This document shows, piece after piece, positions 45,653 to 56,300 of a stretch of 64,000 nt of DNA. Source of the DNA: a virus. Below the pieces are notes generated by a model. The model saw only the letters and a program-made list of their open reading frames with translations, was not told where the DNA came from and did no database searches. Made by a program: the position numbers and the translations under genes. Position 1 is the stretch's first letter. Every line of letters starts with the position of its first letter. The stretch is from positions 1-64,000 of IMG/VR virus record IMGVR_UViG_3300034102_001457; one strand, given 5' to 3'.

Positions 45653-46080
45653 TGAGTAGCATCGTAGACTCTGTCTTGTCTATGAATTTAGATGTTTATA
45701 GACAGTTTGAAACTCAGGATCCAGATACTGGAGCAATCGTAAAAGAGTGGAATTACTATAAAACAATTGCATGTCACGCAAAGGGTGTAATTAGCAACTC
45801 TGCAACTACCAGATCTAGCGATAAACAAATTTTTTCAAATAAGTATTTAAATGATCAAGTTATTCAAGTAAGAACTTCTGAAAAATTAACAATCAGAGAA
45901 AAGGTAACTAACGTAAGAGATGTCGAGGGGAATACAATTTGGAATGAAATTAACTATCCAAACGAGACCCCAACAGTATTTGAAGTAATGGGAACAACAC
46001 CAATAACAGATCCATTTGGAAGAGTGATTGCTTATAACTCATCCCTAAAGAGATCGGAGAATCAGCAAATTGGACAATAG
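45652..46080 (+). CDS. Head closure/stopper protein
   Basis: Position and size. Confidence 0.6.
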   Translation: MSSIVDSVLSMNLDVYRQFETQDPDTGAIVKEWNYYKTIACHAKGVISNSATTRSSDKQIFSNKYLNDQVIQVRTSEKLTIREKVTNVRDVEGNTIWNEINYPNETPTVFEVMGTTPITDPFGRVIAYNSSLKRSENQQIGQ

Positions 46081-46852
46081 CGGAATGCTGATTCAAGCAG
46101 CAAGCGGACTTGAAAGAATGATGTACTCTAATCAAAACGGACCATTAAAAGATAGTACAGTAGCTCAAATATCAGCATACGTATATTATGAGGCAGCAGT
46201 TATATCTAAGCTAACCACCAATAGAGCATTTCAAAATTCATTTGGCAAGCTAATGTTTGATCAGATAAATCTTGATTTTGGAAACTATATAGATGCATTG
46301 GCTAGAAGTAAGCCTAAGTCATTACACCACGTTTACGAATGGAAGAAGACGGGCAACAAGTCAGCCAGACTATTTAAATTAAACAAGGGCGTACAGGTAG
46401 GATTATCATTTAGCATCAACTATCAGTTTTTGCCATCCAGAACAATAGTCCCATCATCCAATGGTAAAAGAAGACATATGTTTATTGGCAAGGCTTCAGT
46501 CATGGAAAGAGGAGAGCCTTTGGTAATTAGGCCAAAGAACGCAGAGCGACTTGTTTTTGAGATAGATGGCGAAACGGTATTTATGCCAAAAGGAGCTTCG
46601 GTTACAGTTAAAAGACCTGGAGGCTCAGCGGCACGTAATCAATTTACACTAGCTCATTCAAGATTTTTTAGTGGCAATTTAATAAATGATTCAATCAAAA
46701 GATCTGGCTTTCAAAGACTATTCAACTCAAGCATAACAAAAGCACTAGGAGTACCATCAAACATTAAAAGAGTTCAGTATTCATTTTCAGCAAATACTAT
46801 TAGATCTCAGGCTGACGAAGCCTTGACCCTAGCATTCGGAGGTGCAATGTGA
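46070..46852 (+). CDS. Neck/tail completion protein
   Basis: Position; IRPK...L.F motif. Confidence 0.55.
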   Translation: MDNSGMLIQAASGLERMMYSNQNGPLKDSTVAQISAYVYYEAAVISKLTTNRAFQNSFGKLMFDQINLDFGNYIDALARSKPKSLHHVYEWKKTGNKSARLFKLNKGVQVGLSFSINYQFLPSRTIVPSSNGKRRHMFIGKASVMERGEPLVIRPKNAERLVFEIDGETVFMPKGASVTVKRPGGSAARNQFTLAHSRFFSGNLINDSIKRSGFQRLFNSSITKALGVPSNIKRVQYSFSANTIRSQADEALTLAFGGAM

Positions 46853-47379
46853 CGGCTAACTACAAGTTGGATGCAATGCTAGAATTAAGAAAGTATCTAT
46901 GGGAAGAGTTATCCAGCAGAGAGATATTTGACGCAGATGATTACTGGAGCGATAACCTAAACGAGAATATTGTCCCAATTATTCCAGTTCAGCAGGCTCC
47001 AGAATTAAATCAATTTATGAGCGGAAAGAAGCATATTGTCTATGACAAGATCGGGATGTCCTACGATGATAACTGGCTAATATGCTGTGAGCAGATTCTG
47101 TTTACCGTATATTCAACTGCGGTGGCAGAGATAAATGAGATTAGAAATTACATGACAGATGAGTTTAGAAGAATGGACGAGTCGGCTAGAGATATAAACA
47201 GATGGGCAGGACTTTCAGATAAGTTTAAATTCCATAGCGTACATATAGCCGACATATCCCCAACGGCGCCATCTGAAGAGCTTCAGGGATTCTTCTCTTC
47301 TGAGATTATCCTAGAGATAAAGTACTCAAGAGACACAGATACAAATGGGGCTTCAAGCACACTGGGCAGATTCCTCTAA
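46849..47379 (+). CDS. Tail terminator-like protein
   Basis: Position before the major tail gene. Confidence 0.55.
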   Translation: MTANYKLDAMLELRKYLWEELSSREIFDADDYWSDNLNENIVPIIPVQQAPELNQFMSGKKHIVYDKIGMSYDDNWLICCEQILFTVYSTAVAEINEIRNYMTDEFRRMDESARDINRWAGLSDKFKFHSVHIADISPTAPSEELQGFFSSEIILEIKYSRDTDTNGASSTLGRFL

Positions 47380-47492
47380 GGTTTGCGTTTTTACCCATAC
47401 TAATATAAACTTGGCTTAAGAGGAAAGAAGCCTAGCCAGCTTGAATTTAAGATTTAAATATATATATATTGAAATATAGGAGGAAAAAAACT

Positions 47493-48203
47493 ATGGCACA
47501 ATCCGTAGGTAATGCTAGAAATATTCTAGTCGGTGCATCACCACTGTTCTTGTCAACTATTGACGTTAACGACGCTGATTACATCGAAAACGCAGAAGCA
47601 GGCGTTGCTATTGCAGCAGGCACTAAGACTGTCGGCGTACCAGCATTTGCATCAGGCGTATCATACGCTAACACACTAAATGCCGTCGATCAGACAGCAG
47701 GAAAGTTTGGATACCGTAACGTTGGTTTTACTAACAATGGTCTTCAAATCACATACAACCCAACATTCGACTCAGTAACTGTAGATCAGTTGCTTGATAC
47801 AGCTAAGCTGTTCAAGTCAGCGATGGAAGTTATGATTGCAACAGAAATGTCAGAAGGTACTCTTGAGAACATTGCAACAGTATTCGGACAACCAGCATCA
47901 ACTCTTTCAGACAATGGTTTGGCTGGGGCACAAAATAAGAAGGAACTCGGTCTTGAGGCAGGTGCACTTGGTGCAGCTCCAACAGAGCGTCAGTTAATTG
48001 CAGTTGGACTAGCTCCAACAGCATCTTCAACAGCATCAGAGCGTGTATACTATGCTCGTAGAGTATTGTCTGTACAACAGTCACAATTCTCACTTGCTCG
48101 TACAACACCAACAACATTCCCAGTAACTTTCCGTTTACTCCCAGATGCTAGCTACGCTGGCTCAGAGTACGGCAAGATTATTGACCGTGTTCTAGTAGCA
48201 TAA
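47493..48203 (+). CDS. Major tail protein
   Basis: VGFT..G...Y.P......VDQ motif; AGGAGG RBS; followed by a terminator. Confidence 0.8.
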   Translation: MAQSVGNARNILVGASPLFLSTIDVNDADYIENAEAGVAIAAGTKTVGVPAFASGVSYANTLNAVDQTAGKFGYRNVGFTNNGLQITYNPTFDSVTVDQLLDTAKLFKSAMEVMIATEMSEGTLENIATVFGQPASTLSDNGLAGAQNKKELGLEAGALGAAPTERQLIAVGLAPTASSTASERVYYARRVLSVQQSQFSLARTTPTTFPVTFRLLPDASYAGSEYGKIIDRVLVA

Positions 48204-48232
48204 TAAATTTAATTTATTAACTATACTACAGA

Positions 48233-48257
48233 GGCCCCTAAGAAATTAGGGGCTTTT
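48233..48257 (+). terminator. Intrinsic terminator
   Basis: GGCCCCTAA / TTAGGGGC followed by TTTT. Confidence 0.8.
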
Positions 48258-48320
48258 GTGGTTGTATTAGGATATTTCTTTTAGTATAATGTTTATGAGT
48301 AGATCCTAGGAGGACCTAAA

Positions 48321-48982
48321 TTGGCAACAACAGTATATAGCGTAGAAGAGGTACAGCTTCAAAACGGTCAGACCGTAAAGCTAAAGCCACTATCAATAGC
48401 AGAGCTTCGTAAGTTTATGCTAGCAGTTAAGAGAACAGCAGAATCAGAAACAGAAGATGAGACCCTAAACATCTTGATCGATGCCTGTGCAATTGCAATA
48501 GAAAGACAACTTCCAGAACTAGTAGCAGATAGAGAAGCATTTGAGAACGCCTTAGATGTTCCAACTATGAATCGCATCCTAGAAGTTTGCGGAGGGATTA
48601 AGCTTGACGACCCAAACCTACTAGCGGCAGCGGTTCTGGCTGGTCAGAACTAGACTTAGCCGCTTTAGAGGGGGAAGTTTTTTTACTAGGACATTGGAAG
48701 AATTACCAGGAACTAGAAGAAAATCTTTCAATGCCAGAACTTGTAAATACTTTAAAGGCTTTAAAGAAAAAGGATTACGACAGTAAAAAGTTTCAGGCTT
48801 CTTTAGCTGGAGTAGATATAGGCGAATACGAAGAAGAAAAGAAAACTTCTAGTTTCGACGAGATACAGTTGAGAGCTGCAGGCATAACTGCTAGCGCAGA
48901 CGATGTTGTATCACTTCAAGGAAGATTCGCAGCAGATGCTGGTTTCGGAATTGGAGCAGGACTAGGATACGTTAAGGAGTAA
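48321..48982 (+). CDS. Tail assembly chaperone (short form 48321-48653; -1 frameshift form to 48982)
   Basis: Slippery C CCA AAC at 48611-48617; the -1 frame is open from 48608 to 48982. Confidence 0.8.
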
Positions 48983-48993
48983 TCTGAATACAA

Positions 48994-51900
48994 ATGGCTG
49001 ACGAAACAATCAGTACCAAGATAGTCGCTAATGCCGACTTTTCAGGTCTTATCGCCGATGTGCATAAGGTTACAGCCAGCCTATCAAAACTTCAGGAAAA
49101 ATTAGCTAGCTCTAATAAGATGATGGCAAATCAAATTGCCGTCATGAACAGATCATTTTCTGACACACTAAGAAGTACAGGTCAGTTCTCCACACACTTT
49201 GTAAGTTTAACTTCAGATGTAGAAAAGTTTGGAAAAAATCTAGATAGCGGAAAGTTAAAGTTAAATCAATACTTTAATGCTTTTAGAGATCAGACTAAAA
49301 CATCTGGTGGTCTTATTAGAGATCTAGCAAAACAACAGGTAGCATTACAAAACTCAGTTCTTCAGCCACTTGGAAGAAATGCACAAGGTCTTATGCAGTT
49401 CAATGTTCAGGTTCCAAGAGGACTTGATACAGTAAAGAACGCTGCAGCGCTAGCAAGAACAGAACTTCAAATTATGAATAAGGTTGTCCAGGATGGTGCT
49501 GGTCAGATTATTAACTTTGGTAAAAATACTCAGTGGACAGGTCGTCAGTTAACAGTCGGACTTACCGTACCGCTAGTAGCATTTGGCAACGCCGCTGCAA
49601 AAGCTTTTAGAGAAGCAGATCAAGAATTAGTAAGATTAACAAAGGTTTACGGTGATGTTGCAGGAACTTCTGCAGTAGAGCTTGGCAAAGTAAGAGATGA
49701 TGTTGTTCAGACATCAAAAGAAATTTCACAGGCTATGGGAGTTTCCTTTAAAGAAACAATTGCATTAGCGGCAGATATTGCAGCAACTGGAAAAACTGGA
49801 GACGATCTTTTAGGATCAGTAAGGGAAACAACCAGGCTAGCAGTGCTTGGTGAAGTAGACCGTCAAGAAGCAATGAAAGCAACACTCGCTATTCAATCAG
49901 CTTTTAAGCAAAATACAGATGAGCTTTCAGAATCTATTAACTTCCTTAACGCAGTTGAAAACCAAACTTCAACAACTCTAAATGACCTCGTAGAAGCTAT
50001 TCCAAAAGCAGGTCCAGTTATTCAAGGATTGGGAGGAAGCGTACAAGACTTAGCTCTTTACTTAACTGCTATGCGTGAAGGTGGCATTAATGCATCAGAA
50101 GGTGCAAACGCATTAAAGTCAGCACTAGCGTCTTTGATTAACCCAACAGATGTAGCTGTTAAAAAGTTTCAAGGACTCGGCATAGATTTACTCGGTGTAG
50201 TAAATAACAATGCTGGAAATCTTACTGGCACACTAATGGCATTACAAGGAGCTTTAGATAGTTTAGATCCACTGCAGAAGCAGCAAGCGATTGAACAACT
50301 ATTTGGAAAGTTTCAATTTTCAAGACTAAATGCTCTTTTTGAAAACTTAGGAAGACAAGGAAGTCAGACCTTACAGGTTTTGGATTTAATGAATCAGTCT
50401 ACTGCAGGATTAGCTCAGGTGGCTGATCGAGAATTAACAGCAGTAACAGAGTCAGCATCTGGTAAATATAGAAGAGCTCTAGAAGGGCTAAAGGCTTCTC
50501 TAGCCGAAGTAGGAGAACAATTTTTACAAATTAATACTGTTTTAATTACAGTAATAGATAAGATAGTTCAGTTTGCTATGAACTTGCCTGGCCCAGTTAA
50601 GCAGATACTAGCCCTACTTGGTGGAGTTACAGCAATAGCTGGCCCACTTATTATGTTAACTGGTCTTCTTGCAAACTTCTTTGGTAACATGGCAAAGGGT
50701 GTATTCCATATAAAGGCTTTCCTAAAAGGTGGAGAAGGCTTTAAATATTTAACCCCAGAAATGCTAGCAGCGGAAAAAGCTGGCAAGCTAGTAGAACAAT
50801 CTTTTTATAGTGATGCTAAAGCAGCAGCAGTACTACAACAAGCGCTAAGAAATTTATTAGATGAATTCTCTCTACTAGAAGCAAAGGCAAAATCTGGATC
50901 AATAGCTGTAAATCCAGCAGTCAGCACAATGGCTGGGAATCTTGTTATGGCAAGCGGAAGAGTTGTTAACCCAGCACATCCTCTAGTTGGCGCAATGGGA
51001 TCTCGTGCAAGCACTCATATGGTTCCTAGATCTGGAATGACAGAGACTGAAAGACTTCAGCAAACAATATTTGGAATGGTTCCAGGATCAATCCCAGTAA
51101 ATCAAAAAATTGGTCAAAACCCTCAAATATATATGAATGATAATTTGCCAGATGTTCCTGGACTTACTAAAATAGGTGGAACATCAACTGGAATTGTTGC
51201 AGGCGAAGCTGCAAAGCACCACGCAATGATGGCAACACTTGCAATGCAATCTAAAGCAGAAATAGACGAGCTTAAGAAGCAAATGGTTGCAACTGGATTA
51301 TTAAGTAAAGACTTTATGAATCAATTTGATGACATATTGCCAATTGTTTCAAAGCTAACAGATAACGCTGCAAGAGAGTCTGCGCTAATTGTTTCTGAAT
51401 TACGTGCAGGTAAACTAAACGTTGAGCAAGCTAGAGCAAAAATTATAGCATTAAATCTAGAAACTGAAAGAATGATTTCTTCATCCATGCAGGCTCATGC
51501 AGTTTCAATGGGAAGAACTATAAACCCAACAATGGTTCCTACATTAAACCAGCCTGTAGTAGATGCTACTGGCAAATCTAATATGAGAGAGCTATTCAAA
51601 AAAGGAAAGACTAGAGACTTTATTAATAAAGTAGCTGGAGCCCTAGGAGTGAGAACTTCAGGAGCAGGATATAATATTGAAACAACAGTTCCAAAAAGAT
51701 TAAATAGAGGAAACATTGTTCCAGGAACTGGCAATACAGATACAGTTCCAGCAATGCTTACCCCAGGAGAATTTGTTGTAAATAAAGAAGCAACCGCAGA
51801 AAATCTTCCTTTATTGCATGCAATCAATCAAGGCAACTTCGGAGGATCGGTATCTTCTGAAACTAGAAATTATGGTCCTATAAATCCAGCTCTTATGGCA

Positions 51901-54900
51901 AGTGTTGGAAAGATGTTTTCTAGAACTGGAAGTTTTGCTAGAAGATGGTTCTGGGATACAAGCACAGGATCAAGCCTTGCTGGACAAAGAAGTTCTTTAA
52001 TTAGATCTATTTCTAAAAGACCTATTTTAAATAGAAATGGAGTTCCTTACACAGAAGCAGAATTAAGAAAAGCGCCAAAAGAAGAAATACAATCCTTATG
52101 GGCTAATTATGATAGAGGTCACGTAGCCCCACACAGATCAATCAGCGGAAGCGACAGTTACTTTGCGCCAGGAATACTCATGCCTATGTTTAGGGGCTCT
52201 AATAGATCTATGATTAGCGGTGGAGATCCTGTAGCAATTGCAAAAAGTTTAGAAACCCAATCAATTCATCCAACAGTATTTTTAGATGAAGCGGCAGAAG
52301 CATTTGGATATACGGCTGGTGCAAGAACAGATGCTGCTTATAATGCACTTGTAAAAGCTTTATATGGCAGAGGTAATAAAAAGTTTGATCCAAAGTCTGG
52401 GGACTCTTTTGAAAAATTTGCATTTGACACAATCTCTCCATTTTTAAAAAATATTAAAAACGGTAGTGGCGCAAATCTTCTAGATGATCTTTCAAGAATT
52501 GGAACATTAAGAGGAACTCAATCTAATAGATCTTCTACTGGATCTGGAATAGGTTCTATAGGACCGTATGCAATTGCAGATGATTACTTTAATCTTAAAA
52601 TGAATTCTGGTGGAATGGTTCCAGGTTACAACGCAGGCGGAGTTATAGGAAATGTATTAAAGAGCACTGCATTTAAAAACCTAGGAGCAAAATTTGGTAA
52701 GATAGGAGATAGTTGGGGAGCCACTTCTCTATCTCTTGGCATGGGAAAGAAATTATTTGGAAGTTCAGGGCTTACTCCTAAAGCACAAAACTTAATGTAT
52801 GGAAAGCTCATCAGCAATCTTGAAAAAGAAAGACCGTATGGATATGTGACAAATGCTCAAGGACATCTTCAAAGAGCTTTAGAGCCAGATATTGTAGACA
52901 TACTTCTTAAATCATCAGCTAGCGATGTACTTAGTTCGGGCGGGAAAAGCTTAAGTAAAATTGATAGAGAAATATTGCGAACTAAATATGCAAACTGGGA
53001 CTCAAAATCATGGACTCCATCAACGTCTAAAATAAGAAAACAAATGTTTGGAATGAACAAGGGTGGAATGGTGCCAGGAGTTCAATACCTTAATGAAGGC
53101 GGAATGGTACAGGGCACCCAATATCTGGAAGATGGAGGAGAAGTTGCTCCCCGTAGAGGTGGAATGATAAGAGGTCTAATTGCTGGATCAGCAGTTGGCC
53201 TAGGCGGACAAATGCTTGGATCAAAGGTTGGCGGACCAATTGGAACTGCTATACAAATAGCATCTATGATTGCAAGCATGGGAATGGGCTTTGGCGCAGG
53301 CGGAGGTACAAAAGGTGGCGGGATGGTATCTAGACAAATGGATAAAATTCCTACTCAGTTAAAGCAACCAATAGGTCCATTAAATGGATTGGCACAGGCA
53401 GCAGCAAAAACTGGAGGAAGTCTTTCAGGAATACTAAGAGTATTTGGTCCGCTTCTTAAGGGATTCTCAACATTACTTAAGTTAACTAGTCCTTTAGGAT
53501 TAGCAATTACTGGACTGACCGCAGGCATAGGTTTATTTGTTAAGATAAAAAGAGAACAAGCAAAGGCTTTAGAGACAGGAAGACTTGCATACGGTATGGA
53601 TGCAGAGGCTGCTGAAAAGGCAGGCTTTAAATATACTGACTATAACGCTAAAATTAAAACAGCCATTGAAGATGCAAAAGCATTAAAAGAAAAAAATATA
53701 ATGGTTTATGAAAGCATGACAAGAGCTAACGTTCCAATGACTATGACAATTGAGCAATACAAAAAGCTTAAGGAACAAGTAAAGTCAACAATGGGAAGCT
53801 ATATAGATCTATTTAGCCAAACAGATAGAAAAGATGTTGGCACAGTAGCTGTTCAATTAAAGGCACAGTTTATGGCAGCAGGAGATTCTGCAGAAACTGC
53901 TACAGCTAAAATATTTACAATGATTAAGCAGTCTGAAAATGCTAACATGGCTGCACAGGCAATTAGCACTAATGCCTTCCAAAGCATTCAAAATATGGAG
54001 CAGGCTTCGGCACAGACAGTAAAAACTTTTGAGGCTGCAATGAAAACTGGAGATGCTGAATCGCAAGCCAGAGCATTGCACAGTGTATTCCAAGCAATGG
54101 ATGCAAGCCTACAGTCAACTGTCGATGAGCAAAAGAAGTTGGGAGATACTGGAGAAGATACTGCAAATAGAGTTGCTTCAGCGGTTGAAAATAAGTTAAA
54201 TAAAATCAACCAGCTATTTGGCACTCAGGCAAATCTATCTGAGGATGTTATTAACGAAATAGGAAAGACAGACCCACTTTTGGCTGAGATGCTCAATGAC
54301 ACAGATACACTAAATAGCGCATGGGCTAAGTATAGATTAACTATTAGCGGAGTTGCTATGAATTTCCAATTCATGAGTGGCGAAGCAGCAATTGCCGCAA
54401 ATCAATTAAATGAAATAGTAAAGGCCCAGGTTCAGCTTAATCCTGCTGTTGTAGCCGCAAACAAAACATATAAGGGCATGACTGATGAGATTGCAAGACT
54501 TGAAAAAGCCCAAAAGGGACAATCTGTAAAAGCTCAATATAATGCTAAAGAAGAAACCGATAGATTACAAAAACAAATTGCAGCAATTAAAAAAGCTGCT
54601 CAAGATAAAATTGAAGGAATTCGCAAAGCAACTGATGCAGAAAATACTCAGTTAGAAATTCAGAAGGCTCAGCTAAGAGCTCAACAGCAATTAATCCAAG
54701 GCAATATGTCTGCATATGCTGAAGAGCAAATGACTATTGAGCAGTTAATGAATGAGTCTAATCGTAAAGATGCAGAGGAAGCAATTCTTGCTAAGGCCGA
54801 CATTGACATTAAGCCTCTTCAGGATAAGCTAGATGCTATGGCAGACAAGCAAGAAGCCATGGCCAAGAAGGCGGCTCTTGCTGGGGAAAGCCTAACTGGA

Positions 54901-55797
54901 CTAAGATCTAAAGCTGATACATATAATTCTGGATTAACAGAGTACACAACTAATCTTAATAACCTAATGCTAAAGCTCCAGATAGAGGGAGATAAGTTTA
55001 AGATGACTGATGAGTTTAAGACAACCATGACTGCCCTTGAAAAGCTAGGAACATCTTTAGGCATAAAGACCACACCTCAACAAGTATTAGATCAAATTGG
55101 TGCAGCACTTTCTAAAAATCAAATTTTAGCACAAGAGGTTAATATATTAACTGGTAAGATTAGAGATGGAAGCATAACTGGATCTGGAACATTTAAAGAC
55201 CCATTTAGCTTAGGTGCACAAGGCATTGGAACCAAGGGAGATATTCAGGGTGCAAGCCTTAAGAATTATGGAAACGTATTAAAAGACTTTGGTGAAATAG
55301 GAATTAGCCAGAAGCTTAAGAACTTTGCTTACAAGCAAGGCTTAGTAATGGGAGATTATTTTTCAGCAGAAGACGAAAAGGGACTTGTTTCTGTGTTTAA
55401 GGTAAAAGATGAAGACGGAAATATTGAAAGAGTAAAAAATCCTTATGTAAAGAAATGGGGCGGCGGACCAGTAGTTAAAGGACAAACATATGCTACAAAT
55501 GATAAGCTTAATGCTCTAGGATATCAGCAAGAAGGCTTTATACCGTTTACTCCACAAGTGAGTGGAACTATTTATCCAAATATTGCCACTATGCCGAGAT
55601 ACGATATTGGCTCTAATACTAAAATGACTGGGGTTAATATTAGCAATAGCCCAAGCAGCAACAACGTTTATAATATTGATATAGCGCTAAATGGTACAAC
55701 CGTTACTGCAGAAGATGTAATGCGTAGCTTTAAGAGAGAGCTTGCGTTAGTCAATGCAAAAGAAGGAATTGACAGAAGATTTGGAGGAAGCCACTAA
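48994..55797 (+). CDS. Tape measure protein
   Basis: 2267 aa, helical; TMP core motifs; DTVPAMLTPGEFVV. Confidence 0.92.
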   Translation: MADETISTKIVANADFSGLIADVHKVTASLSKLQEKLASSNKMMANQIAVMNRSFSDTLRSTGQFSTHFVSLTSDVEKFGKNLDSGKLKLNQYFNAFRDQTKTSGGLIRDLAKQQVALQNSVLQPLGRNAQGLMQFNVQVPRGLDTVKNAAALARTELQIMNKVVQDGAGQIINFGKNTQWTGRQLTVGLTVPLVAFGNAAAKAFREADQELVRLTKVYGDVAGTSAVELGKVRDDVVQTSKEISQAMGVSFKETIALAADIAATGKTGDDLLGSVRETTRLAVLGEVDRQEAMKATLAIQSAFKQNTDELSESINFLNAVENQTSTTLNDLVEAIPKAGPVIQGLGGSVQDLALYLTAMREGGINASEGANALKSALASLINPTDVAVKKFQGLGIDLLGVVNNNAGNLTGTLMALQGALDSLDPLQKQQAIEQLFGKFQFSRLNALFENLGRQGSQTLQVLDLMNQSTAGLAQVADRELTAVTESASGKYRRALEGLKASLAEVGEQFLQINTVLITVIDKIVQFAMNLPGPVKQILALLGGVTAIAGPLIMLTGLLANFFGNMAKGVFHIKAFLKGGEGFKYLTPEMLAAEKAGKLVEQSFYSDAKAAAVLQQALRNLLDEFSLLEAKAKSGSIAVNPAVSTMAGNLVMASGRVVNPAHPLVGAMGSRASTHMVPRSGMTETERLQQTIFGMVPGSIPVNQKIGQNPQIYMNDNLPDVPGLTKIGGTSTGIVAGEAAKHHAMMATLAMQSKAEIDELKKQMVATGLLSKDFMNQFDDILPIVSKLTDNAARESALIVSELRAGKLNVEQARAKIIALNLETERMISSSMQAHAVSMGRTINPTMVPTLNQPVVDATGKSNMRELFKKGKTRDFINKVAGALGVRTSGAGYNIETTVPKRLNRGNIVPGTGNTDTVPAMLTPGEFVVNKEATAENLPLLHAINQGNFGGSVSSETRNYGPINPALMASVGKMFSRTGSFARRWFWDTSTGSSLAGQRSSLIRSISKRPILNRNGVPYTEAELRKAPKEEIQSLWANYDRGHVAPHRSISGSDSYFAPGILMPMFRGSNRSMISGGDPVAIAKSLETQSIHPTVFLDEAAEAFGYTAGARTDAAYNALVKALYGRGNKKFDPKSGDSFEKFAFDTISPFLKNIKNGSGANLLDDLSRIGTLRGTQSNRSSTGSGIGSIGPYAIADDYFNLKMNSGGMVPGYNAGGVIGNVLKSTAFKNLGAKFGKIGDSWGATSLSLGMGKKLFGSSGLTPKAQNLMYGKLISNLEKERPYGYVTNAQGHLQRALEPDIVDILLKSSASDVLSSGGKSLSKIDREILRTKYANWDSKSWTPSTSKIRKQMFGMNKGGMVPGVQYLNEGGMVQGTQYLEDGGEVAPRRGGMIRGLIAGSAVGLGGQMLGSKVGGPIGTAIQIASMIASMGMGFGAGGGTKGGGMVSRQMDKIPTQLKQPIGPLNGLAQAAAKTGGSLSGILRVFGPLLKGFSTLLKLTSPLGLAITGLTAGIGLFVKIKREQAKALETGRLAYGMDAEAAEKAGFKYTDYNAKIKTAIEDAKALKEKNIMVYESMTRANVPMTMTIEQYKKLKEQVKSTMGSYIDLFSQTDRKDVGTVAVQLKAQFMAAGDSAETATAKIFTMIKQSENANMAAQAISTNAFQSIQNMEQASAQTVKTFEAAMKTGDAESQARALHSVFQAMDASLQSTVDEQKKLGDTGEDTANRVASAVENKLNKINQLFGTQANLSEDVINEIGKTDPLLAEMLNDTDTLNSAWAKYRLTISGVAMNFQFMSGEAAIAANQLNEIVKAQVQLNPAVVAANKTYKGMTDEIARLEKAQKGQSVKAQYNAKEETDRLQKQIAAIKKAAQDKIEGIRKATDAENTQLEIQKAQLRAQQQLIQGNMSAYAEEQMTIEQLMNESNRKDAEEAILAKADIDIKPLQDKLDAMADKQEAMAKKAALAGESLTGLRSKADTYNSGLTEYTTNLNNLMLKLQIEGDKFKMTDEFKTTMTALEKLGTSLGIKTTPQQVLDQIGAALSKNQILAQEVNILTGKIRDGSITGSGTFKDPFSLGAQGIGTKGDIQGASLKNYGNVLKDFGEIGISQKLKNFAYKQGLVMGDYFSAEDEKGLVSVFKVKDEDGNIERVKNPYVKKWGGGPVVKGQTYATNDKLNALGYQQEGFIPFTPQVSGTIYPNIATMPRYDIGSNTKMTGVNISNSPSSNNVYNIDIALNGTTVTAEDVMRSFKRELALVNAKEGIDRRFGGSH

Positions 55798-56300
55798 TGC
55801 CTATGATTTTACCTAGAGGTTCGGTTTTGAGTATAGAGGCAAAAGACCTTCTAGCAACTCCAGAAGGAACTACTAAAATTTGGAATAAGATTACTGAGCA
55901 CAACAGATCAGACATTGGCATGTCCATAGAAAGAATTGAAAAGGTTGTAAGAACTTCTAACGGAACTTTAAGAAAGAACTATATTGCAGACAAAAGAAGG
56001 TTCTCTATGTCTTGGACAATGCTTCCATCTTATCGCACATTAACAGTTGACGGTGCATGGGGAGCAGAAGATTTAAGATCATTCTATTTAAGCGATGACG
56101 GCAAAAAAGAATTTAATATAAGACTTAACCTGGCAAAGGGTGGGGCAGATACATCTTCTTCAGGTGCCCTATATACGCCAAACATGGCAAAGACATCATC
56201 AGAGCTTTATACGGTGGTATTTGGAGGCTGTAATTTTTCAGTTGTAAAACGTGGTCTACAGCCACACTGGAATGTTTCTATTGAACTGGAAGAGGTATAA
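55797..56300 (+). CDS. Distal tail-like protein
   Basis: Immediately follows the TMP. Confidence 0.6.
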   Translation: MPMILPRGSVLSIEAKDLLATPEGTTKIWNKITEHNRSDIGMSIERIEKVVRTSNGTLRKNYIADKRRFSMSWTMLPSYRTLTVDGAWGAEDLRSFYLSDDGKKEFNIRLNLAKGGADTSSSGALYTPNMAKTSSELYTVVFGGCNFSVVKRGLQPHWNVSIELEEV

